DNA of 48,548 bases from a virus (Duplodnaviria; Caudoviricetes). Positions 28,714-38,400 of this stretch are shown in pieces (position 1 is the first letter of the stretch; each line of letters opens with the position of its first letter). A program made the position numbers and the translations under genes. Under the pieces are notes generated by a model. It was not told the DNA's origin and ran no database searches. It saw nothing but the letters and a program-made list of their open reading frames with translations. Where the stretch lies: positions 1 through 48,548 of IMG/VR virus record IMGVR_UViG_3300027780_000023. The stretch is one strand, 5' to 3'.

Positions 28714-30621
28714 ATGGGAGCAGTAGTAGAGGTTAAATATTTTAACACTTTTATATTAAAAAAGACAACAGAAGATAACGTACCAGTATGGAACGGGTCT
28801 TATGGTATACCATCTGAACTAGGTGGTTACTCTAGAGTAGTGTCTAGTTCTCCTTATAATTGGGCTATAGAAGAGTCTAGAATAAGAGGAGGGTATAATA
28901 ATACTACTGTTGATTTTGGTGTTAAAGCTTATATAGTAGAAGATGAAAGACTTGGTTCTTATAGAAAAAGTTCTCTTATATATTCTGGAATATTTAATTC
29001 TAGAACAGGTATAAATCAAACAAACGTTTTTTCAGTTGGAGAAGACATAACTAAAACAGCAGATCCAGCAAATGCTTCTATACAAAAACTATACGCTGAA
29101 GATACTAATTTAATTATTTTTCAAGAAAATAAAGTATCTAGAGCATTAATAGATAAAGACGCTATATACTCAGCCGAAGGTGGTGGATCCGTAACTTCTA
29201 GTAATTTAGTCATAGGTGTTATACAACCTTATTCTGGTGAATATGGTATAAGTAAAAACCCTGAAAGTTTTGCTATATATGGATATAGTAAATATTTTTC
29301 TGATAAAAATAATAACGCTATACTAAGGTTAAGTCAAAATGGTATTGAAGAAATATCAAGATATGGCATGAGAGATTACTTTAGAGATAGAATAAATGAT
29401 ATAGACACTGTTCAAGGTGAAGGTATTATTTTAGGTGGTTATGACTTACATAATAATCAATATGTTGTTTCATCTCAATTAAACCCAATTCGCAGCACAA
29501 CTTCAACAGAAGTACCTGGTACTTTATCTTTTGACGAGCAAGCAAGAGGTTGGGTAAGTTTTTTTACTTTTAATCCAGAACAAATATTTAGTCTTAAAAA
29601 TAATTTTTATACTATAAAAGACGGTGGTGTTTGGGAGCACTATGCTGAAACTATAAATTTTCCATCAGCTAAAAGAGGTAATTTTTATAGCGTTGATAGA
29701 CCTAGTAGTGTAACAGTGGTTTTCAATGCAGCTCCTGCTAATTCAAAAACATTTAACACTGTTAGTTACGAAGGAAACAACGGTTGGTCTTTAACGTCTT
29801 TAGTATCTGATCCCACTGGTTTAGATACTCAACCAAAAGTTAATTGGGCGTCAAGTGAAGATAGCACTATGCAGGTAACGCCTAGTACCACTTATCCTTC
29901 TCTTTATAGTTATTACGAAGGTGAGTATATAGAAACTAGCTCAACAGGAACAGTTACACAGACAGTGGTTGGAACAAGCGTTGTTATAGCAAACACCATA
30001 CCTGTTATAGATGGAGCTATAGTATCTGGAATTGGTGTTGGTTTGGGTGTTACAGTTGTTTCTTACGCTGGAATACAAGGTCAAGCTTCTTCAGACAGTG
30101 CTGGTACTTCAGTTACATTGACAGGTGTTAGTGTAGATATTCCTGTGGGAACTACAATATCAGGTGATGGCATCGTTGCTGGAACCACGGTCGTATCTTA
30201 TGATTCTGGAACAGGAGTTTTAGTCGCTAGTAATACTTTAGCTATTAATCAATCTTCTTTTGTTAATTTTGTAAATATAGGAATATTAACCGTTAGTGCT
30301 TCAGCTAATTTTGTTATTAATTCTATTTTAACATTTGTTAGCATTGTAAATAGAGTTGATTACGAAACCGTATTTGGAACAGGTAATCCACCATACCCAG
30401 TGAGTCACGCTGGTTTTAATAGAAAAGAAAATAAATACGTTGGAAACTTAAGAAACTTTAGTACAGCAAACGATAGTGAGGTTATTTGGGGTGAATCAAT
30501 AAGTGGCGTAAAAGGTTTCTATTCTATAGCACAATTTTCTACAGATACAACAACAGATCCAGGTGGAAATAAACAATTGTTTTCAGTAGAAAGTTCTTAC
30601 ATAATAAATAATGGATATTAA
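28714..30621 (+). CDS. Tail stabilisation/muzzle-like protein, C-terminal beta-propeller part
   Basis: IQKLYAEDTNLIIFQENKVS, YGISKNPESFA, GWVSFFTFNPE, KTFNTVSYEG. Confidence 0.65.
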   Translation: MGAVVEVKYFNTFILKKTTEDNVPVWNGSYGIPSELGGYSRVVSSSPYNWAIEESRIRGGYNNTTVDFGVKAYIVEDERLGSYRKSSLIYSGIFNSRTGINQTNVFSVGEDITKTADPANASIQKLYAEDTNLIIFQENKVSRALIDKDAIYSAEGGGSVTSSNLVIGVIQPYSGEYGISKNPESFAIYGYSKYFSDKNNNAILRLSQNGIEEISRYGMRDYFRDRINDIDTVQGEGIILGGYDLHNNQYVVSSQLNPIRSTTSTEVPGTLSFDEQARGWVSFFTFNPEQIFSLKNNFYTIKDGGVWEHYAETINFPSAKRGNFYSVDRPSSVTVVFNAAPANSKTFNTVSYEGNNGWSLTSLVSDPTGLDTQPKVNWASSEDSTMQVTPSTTYPSLYSYYEGEYIETSSTGTVTQTVVGTSVVIANTIPVIDGAIVSGIGVGLGVTVVSYAGIQGQASSDSAGTSVTLTGVSVDIPVGTTISGDGIVAGTTVVSYDSGTGVLVASNTLAINQSSFVNFVNIGILTVSASANFVINSILTFVSIVNRVDYETVFGTGNPPYPVSHAGFNRKENKYVGNLRNFSTANDSEVIWGESISGVKGFYSIAQFSTDTTTDPGGNKQLFSVESSYIINNGY

Positions 30622-30633
30622 AAATATAAAAAT

Positions 30634-31296
30634 ATGTTACCAGCAATAATAGGAGGCGCTTTTTCAATAGCAGGCGGAATCATGGGTGCAGCGTCAGCAA
30701 AAAAAGCAGCTACCGCAGCAAGAGATCAAAGAAAAAAGCTTGAAGCTAAGTTAGCAGACTTGGAAAACAATAGACAAGAAATAATAAATCCTTATGCTGG
30801 TATTACTAGCTTAAGTAGTTTATTAAGTAATCCTATGGATACTTTATCAGTGGCAACTCAAGCCGCAGAAATGCAAATAGAAGAAGCTGATATATCTTTA
30901 GCTAATACTTTAGATACAATGAGAGCAACTGGAGCAAGTGCTGGTGGAGCAACCGCTTTAGCTCAAGCTGCTTTAAGATCTAAAAAAGGTGTTTCAGCTA
31001 GTATAGAACAACAAGAAGCTCAAAACGATAAATTAAGAGCTCAAGGAGAACAAAGACTTCAAGCTCAACAAATGTCAGAAGCTCAAAGAATACAACAAGC
31101 TGATGTTATGGGAGAAAAATTTATGTTTGGAACGAGAGAAACAAGACAACTGCAAGAACTTGATAGAACTGCTGATTTATTATCTGGAGCTCAAAATAGA
31201 GAAAACGAAGCCTTTAGAGATGAAACTTCTGCCGTAACAGGTATGTTTGGATCTTTGGCAGGGATAGCTGGAGAGCAAATAAGCATGGGAGCTTAA
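30634..31296 (+). CDS. Putative ejected (pilot/internal virion) protein
   Basis: Gly/Ala hydrophobic N-terminus, A/Q-rich coiled coil and Gly-rich C-terminus, typical of podovirus ejection proteins. Confidence 0.6.
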   Translation: MLPAIIGGAFSIAGGIMGAASAKKAATAARDQRKKLEAKLADLENNRQEIINPYAGITSLSSLLSNPMDTLSVATQAAEMQIEEADISLANTLDTMRATGASAGGATALAQAALRSKKGVSASIEQQEAQNDKLRAQGEQRLQAQQMSEAQRIQQADVMGEKFMFGTRETRQLQELDRTADLLSGAQNRENEAFRDETSAVTGMFGSLAGIAGEQISMGA

Positions 31297-31309
31297 TAAA
31301 ATATAAAAA

Positions 31310-32410
31310 ATGGAAAATACTAATATTACAAATAATCTTTTAATAAAGCAACTTAATCAAAGTGATGCTATAGCTTATAATTTAGATTATTTAGCAAGTC
31401 CAACTAATAATGACTTTAATTTATTAAATAAGGCTTACGAATTTACTGGTAAGATATATGCTAAAATGAAGCTTTCCATACAAAATAACACGTGTGTTAG
31501 TGAAAATTGTGAATTAGAAACTAAAAAGCTTCTTGAACTTGAAGCAGCGCCTCAAAAGTCATTAGATTTTTTATCAGACCTAATATCTCAAGTATCCGCT
31601 GTAGATGAACCTAACTATGATCCTAATAATAATTTTGTATATACTGTAATATATTCCTTATTAAGTTCAAAACCTGGTTTTAGTAAAACAGATGGATATA
31701 ATGCTAGTTTACATTTACTACACGATGGTTCTCAGCAATTAGTTTTTAGTGGACCAGGTATTCCAGGTGAATTTATTTTAAACAGTACTGCTTTAACATC
31801 GCTATTGGAGTCAGGAACTTCTTTAGTTACATCTACTCCAGATATAGGTAAAAACATGTTAGAGTTATTAAAAGATGTAAAAATATTTAGCGAAGACATG
31901 ATTGATGAAGATGGTAATTTATTACCTACAGCCAAGATAAGCGAAGAATTTGTTTTAACAGATGCAGAAGGAAATCCTATATATGAAGTAATAGATTTAG
32001 GAGACAACAAAGGTAGAAATGTATTGCAATATGACATGGATAAAATTGATAAAAAGACATCACCTTTTATAAACGCAGAGGTTGCAGGTTTATTAAGCTC
32101 TGAACAAAATGCAGTAGCGGCTTGGAATGTTTATATAGCTCAAGGAACTAGTCAAGAAGAAGACGATCAAATGGCTCAAAACGCAAACGCTGGGCACAGT
32201 AGTTGGTCATATGAAAAAGATCTACCATTATTACAAAGTAACAAAGTTTTATTTACAAAAAAATATAAAGAGTATTTTATGAAAAACTATTTAAAACAAT
32301 TTACAACTAACCAACTACCATCGGTACAGGCAGACGCCGCTGTGTTTGATCTTGAAGAATCAAAAAAACAAGAAGCTCAGAAATTTTTAGCTGATAACGA
32401 CTTAAATTAA
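31310..32410 (+). CDS. Hypothetical, probable internal virion protein
   Basis: 366 aa between the pilot-like and giant proteins. Confidence 0.55.
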   Translation: MENTNITNNLLIKQLNQSDAIAYNLDYLASPTNNDFNLLNKAYEFTGKIYAKMKLSIQNNTCVSENCELETKKLLELEAAPQKSLDFLSDLISQVSAVDEPNYDPNNNFVYTVIYSLLSSKPGFSKTDGYNASLHLLHDGSQQLVFSGPGIPGEFILNSTALTSLLESGTSLVTSTPDIGKNMLELLKDVKIFSEDMIDEDGNLLPTAKISEEFVLTDAEGNPIYEVIDLGDNKGRNVLQYDMDKIDKKTSPFINAEVAGLLSSEQNAVAAWNVYIAQGTSQEEDDQMAQNANAGHSSWSYEKDLPLLQSNKVLFTKKYKEYFMKNYLKQFTTNQLPSVQADAAVFDLEESKKQEAQKFLADNDLN

Positions 32411-32415
32411 ATTAA

Positions 32416-35400
32416 ATGACAGAATTAGAATCATTCACAGCTTCTCTTAAAGACTTAGGTTTAACTAAAGAACAAAGAATAGAGAGAATAAAAGAGTGGA
32501 AAATATCCAACAAACCTTTAGATGTTAAAGAGGAAAAACCAATAGACTTAAAAGTTGAAACTGAAATATCTGAAGAAATTAATAAAGATATAGACCCTGT
32601 TAAACCAGCAAAGACAAATGTCTCTACAAGTGCGGATCCAACTGTGGAGACAGAAAAAGATACGGGATCCAGCTCGGAAGTTGCTTTATCGGGATTACCT
32701 ATTGATCCTATTCCACCGGAACCAATATTCCCTTTTGCAAATGAAGACGCTGCGCCTTTTGAATTTAACCAAACATACACAGCTCCACCTGGTGAAGTTT
32801 TTGACTATGGTGACGGTGCTTATAAATACACAGTAGATCCAATAACTTCACAACCAATTTTTTACGCTAAAGCGTTAGGTTCGGATGATTGGATTGATAC
32901 CACTGGAGACGGTTTAGCTACCAGGTTAGTTGCATCAAGACTAGGTTTTATTGATGATTTTGATATTGATGTTTATATAGAAGCTGAAAAAAAAATACAA
33001 GAACAAAAACCACAAAGTGAACTTGACAAACTTGAGGATGGTTTTGTTATGGATGATGGTACTGGTAATGTTGGAGATTTAGACGAGGTAACTGTTTACG
33101 CGTTTAAAAAAGATGAAACAGATGTAGAGAAAAAAATAAGATTACAGTACGAAAAATATCAAGAAGCAAGTGACGTTACTCTTAAAGAGTATTTAGCTAT
33201 TCAAAATGAAGTAGGTTTAATTAACTTAGACACTCAGGTAACAGAAACAGTAAGAGCTATTCCAAACGCTGGCCTTAGCGGAATGGACTTGAAGATGTCT
33301 TATCGATCAGAGGGTACAACTGAAAATGTAACCATCACTACGGTTCCTTACGAAGAAGAAAGAAATATGGCTATTTCATTTTTACAAAGCCAAAGAGAAG
33401 AAACATCTAGTGAGGAGCCTATAACTGAAGCTGAAATAAGAGGTGTAACAAAACTTCAAATTGCAAGAAATAAATACACAGCTTTAAAAGATCAAAAAAA
33501 TAGAGATTACTTAAGTGATATAAGTGACGAAGAAAGAAAACAAAACCATGATTACGCTCTTGGTATTGAAAGTACTTTTAATCCAGAAATTGAGTCTATT
33601 AGACTAGTAGAAGAATATGAATCTTTAAAAAATAGTGATATAGTTAAAACTGTAAACTTGATGAGCGTTGAGTTAGAAAGGGTTTATGGAGAAATAAATA
33701 CTTTAAGTGCAGGAATAAAAGCAAAACAAAAAATTGGTATTAATTCTTTAGAGGATCAAAATACATACAATGCTTTAGCGGCTAGTTTCAATAAAAGGTC
33801 TAATATATTAAGCACTGAAAGAAAAACAATACAACAGCAATTTGACTTAATTAATTATGATTACGCAGAGTTTATTGCTACTAACGAAGTTAAAGACACT
33901 GCTGAAGAAAACTTAGATTACTTAAGAAGAAGTTATAGTCTATCAGAAAAATACTTTGGAAAACCATCTATGACTGGAATTTCATTTGGCGGTGGTGGGT
34001 TGGCGCCTGTTACACTTCCTAATGCCGTAGGGTTTTTTACAAACAGTGAGCTTGGTATGGGATTTTCCAATACCAGTATGAGTTGGATGCAAATAATATT
34101 GCAAAGCATGGCGGATGTTCCTGATAAAGCTATAGCTAATGCAGGAATTTTTGCGCCAGGTTTGTTTATGTCTAAAATAATTGCTCAAGCATTAGGCGAT
34201 GATTTTTTAGAAGCTCAAGCAGGTTTTAAAGATTTAATTGAATTAAGAAAACTTGACTATGTAAAAGATGTTGAGTTTGGTAAAGGACCAAATGGATCTT
34301 TTTACTCATTTCCTAATTTTTTATATTTTCTTAGTCAAACAGCTATAGAACAACTACCGTTTTTTGCTACTGTTGCTATACCACATATTGGCCTTTATTT
34401 AGCTGCGTTGTCTGCTGGTGGTGATTATTATGTTGATGAATTTAATAGAGCAAAAGCTCAAGGTATTGAGTTTGATAGAGAAAGCACTTTAGCAAAAGCT
34501 TTTGGCTTTGCGTTAGTTGAAGGTTTAGGTAGTGCTTTGCCTATGAAAATGCAATTCAAGTATATTCAAAACTTAAAACTTGACAAGCAAACTCTTGAAT
34601 CAGGAGTACAAGCTTTTTTTAGAGATGTAAGAAAAGCAACTCCAGATTTCTTAAAATTAACCGCAGCAGATGTTGGTGGTGAAGTTTTAATTACTCAATT
34701 GTGGCAAAATGTTATATCCGGAAGACCTATGTACGAAGGTTTTGGTGAAGCTGGTTTTACGTCTTTAATATTCTCAACAAGTTTTACAGGAGTTCCAATA
34801 ATAGCAGGAGCTTCAATGAGAGCTTTAACTGATCCTACTACAAACGCGGAGTTTGATCAAAACGTTAGAGACATAGCTGAATATCAAGAAATCATAGCTA
34901 AGAACGAAGGTGGACCAGATCTTGATATTAATACAAAAATTTACTACAAAGGTCTTATAGATGATAAATTAAAAAGAAACGATGCTATACTAAAAGAAAG
35001 AAGTGAATTAATAGATTTAAACCTAGACGCCACTGGTTGGAAGCTTTATGTCAACTCTATAAACAGACTTACTTATCTTAAAGAACAAGCTATATCACTT
35101 AGAGCAGAAGCTAAAAAACCTGGAATAGCGATTGATGTATCAAAACAAATAGCGGCGCTAGAACTTGAGTTTTCTATAACTAAATCAAACCTAGATGCTT
35201 ACTTAGTAGCTTTCACTAAAAAGTTTGGGTTGCTTTCTGTTTCTGTTCAAAACGATTTAAAAGATAGAGCTAAAGCAAAACTAAAATCAAAAGGTAATAA
35301 CAGTCCTTCTGATGCTCAACTACTTAATATAGCTGAACAGCTATACACTGAAGATACTATAAGAGGCAATGCAGAAAATGATTTTGCAATGATATCTCTT

Positions 35401-38400
35401 TTACGTGGAAAAGGAATAGATGTAAATTATAGCATCTTAGATACTAATGCAGATGCTTTAGCAGCTTTCACAGACATGGTTAATGCTAGAATAGCAGATC
35501 CAAATATACAGTTTAGAGGTTCTAAAATAGATCCTATAAGTAAAGAAGAAGCAGGTAGAAAAGCAATAGAAGATTTTAAAGCCGGATTAAAAGATGGTAC
35601 TGTAAATGGTATTAATTTTATATCTATTAATGTAAAAACAGGTAAACCAGTTTACGACTCTGTAGTTACTATTGAAAACGCTATATTAAATAATAATGGT
35701 GGAGTAGGTTTACATGAAATAACGGGTCATGTTATTTTTACAGAAGCTTTAGGTACTAATCCAGAGGCTTTTAAATCTTTAGCTGGGACCATATTAACTT
35801 ATCTTGCTGAGTTTGATTATGATGCATATATTAGAATAGCACGTAAAACCGAGGGCCAAGGTTTTGACGAAGTGTTAACTGTTTTCTTAGAAGAATTAGA
35901 TAGAATTAATTTTGAAAAAGGTAAAGAGCAAGGTTTTTGGTCAACTTTAGGTATTGGATTTAATAAAGCAACATCTGAAGCTGTTGGTAAAGATTTTGAT
36001 TATGACTTTAAAGGAGCTAAAGGTGTAGTAGAGTTATTGAGACAAGTAGCTGAAGGATATAAAAATCAAACTTTAACAGAGCAGTCTATAACTGATATAA
36101 TAAATAGTGATGTTTGGCAAGGAGATATTGAAGGTCAATTGGATGACGGTAGCGTAGGCTTAGATGAGGTTTTACTTACAAGTTCTAAAAAATCAGAATC
36201 AATATCACCTGAAGGAGCTAATTTTTTATCTGAGTGGAGAAAAGGTTTGTTCACCAATAAAGATCTAGTGTTAATGATTAGACAAGGAGCTGCAAAAGAT
36301 AAATACCCAGCGGCTGAAGCTTTTGTTGAAGCAAATTTTGGAGTTATAAAACCAATAATAGGTTACCAAAGAAGAGGTGAAAAAGGCATAGATGAAAACG
36401 ATGTAAAAAAAGCTATAATAGAACTTATTATTGGTGGAGAAGTTGCTAAGTGGAGTGGTAAAACCACGCCGTTATTTGAAGAAGGGGAAGGTTATAATAC
36501 TGATTTCGCTGTAACAACTTACATACGAAGACTAGGTGATAGAAAAGATAAAATATATGAAAGAGCTAAAGCGCTTGGTAACATTATATTTAACACTAAT
36601 GAATTAAATGATTCATCAGCTGGAACAGTTGAAATGACAGATCCAGTAAATGTAGAAGCCTCTGAACAAGTTACTATAGATCCTTTTAAAGTAACAAAGC
36701 TTGCTAACGCAAACCCTATAATTGATTTTGTTAAAGAACAAATTGAATCAGGTAAGATAGATTTAGATAAAATGACTTTAAAAGATTTAAAGCCTTTTTC
36801 TAAAATCGCAGCTCAACAATTAGCAGATCAATTAGGTATACCAGTTTCACGTATATTAGAACCAAACGACAATTTAAGAAAAGGTGAAGTTACACCTGTT
36901 CAAATGTGGATAAAGTCTAATGGACCAACTTTATTAGCTTTATTAAAGCAAATAAAAGGAAACGCGCCGTTACAAACTGTTGAAGGAAAGTTCAAACCTA
37001 AAAAAATAGGTGGTGAAGGTAGAAGACTAGCTCAAACAATTATTGATGCATTTTTTATTCAAGGACCTAAAATAAATAATAATTTCCAATACAAGCTAGA
37101 TCCTAGTAAATTAAACTTAACTTATTTTTATTCTGTTTTTGGTTTAGATCCTAAAGGTAATATTAAAGATTCTAGAGGAACATCAGCTAATGCATCTAAA
37201 GGTCTTTTAGAACTAATAGCTAGACTACAAACTTTAAGCGCAATAGAACTAGCTATAGATGCTAAGGTGCAAGAGGGTTCAACAACTGAATCAGAAGGTG
37301 CTAAGCAAAAAGCTCAAGTAAAAAGATCTGAAGGCATAAAAGTAGAAAGAGACTTTAAGAAAGGAGTATTTGTAGTTCCTCTTCCTGATCTAACAACAAT
37401 TGTAACTCAAAGAGTAAACAGTAAAGGAGAAACAGTTAACGCTAGGACAGTAGACTTAACAACTCCAGCTGGTATAAAAATAATAAATGATTTAGAAGGT
37501 TTCTTTAAACTACACCCTAAGCAAGCTTATTTATTTAGATCAGGTATGACAGGTGGGTTTGGTTTTACATTCACAGATACAGATACTTTTGATAAAATAT
37601 TTCCTGGGTATGACACTACAGGTCCTTTAATTAGAAATAAGTATACTCGAAAAGGAAGAAAATTAAATAAAGCAGCAATAACAAAGTTAATAGAAAACCC
37701 TGGTTTAATAAAAAAGAAACAAGACCTGTTAAAAAAATTGTTTTTAAACATACAGGATTATATTAAAAATAATAAAGAATCTGCTTCAACTTTTTCGCTA
37801 TGGCAAAGTGAATCTAGCAAAGATCAAAGTCACGCAATAAGGTTTTTAGCGCCAACTGTGTTTTATGCTATAGATCCTTATACAGGAAGAGTAGATTTGT
37901 ATTCTGAAGTAACAGAGGAGCACATGATGCCTAATGTTCAAGCTGGAAAATCACTATTAGACGCAGCCATAAAAGGTAAAGTTGAAAGCGAGTTTGATAA
38001 TATAATATCTAAATCTTATGGCCAAGGAGCTCTTAAATTAGCAAACGATTTGGCATTAAAGCAATTTGGGCTATTAGATAAATTACCTAAAAGTTATTAT
38101 GATTTAGTTCTTCCGCTTTTAGAAGCTGGAAAATTAGATTTTTTACCTGCTGGTATGGCGTCTTGGATAAGATACAGTGAAAACAATGTAGCTAATCCTT
38201 TTGAATATAATCTTATTAAGCCTAATATAACGATAGGTGAGTTATTTGTTGGTAAACTAACAGGATTAGATGGGTTGAAAGGAGCTGATTTCCAAGTTGG
38301 AATTGACATGGCAGGCATGAAAGCTAATGGTTTAATAACTAGAGTTCTTACAGGTGACATGACAGTGCAAGCTGCTAAAGCAGAGTTTAAAGTTTATCAA

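Noticed and set aside
32956-32970. DFDID (and DFDYD at 35992-36006) in the giant protein, resembling the crAss-like virion RNA polymerase catalytic motif
   Set aside because: It lies about 180 aa from the N-terminus in an acidic region with no recognisable double-psi barrel context. Probably chance; a structure prediction would settle it.
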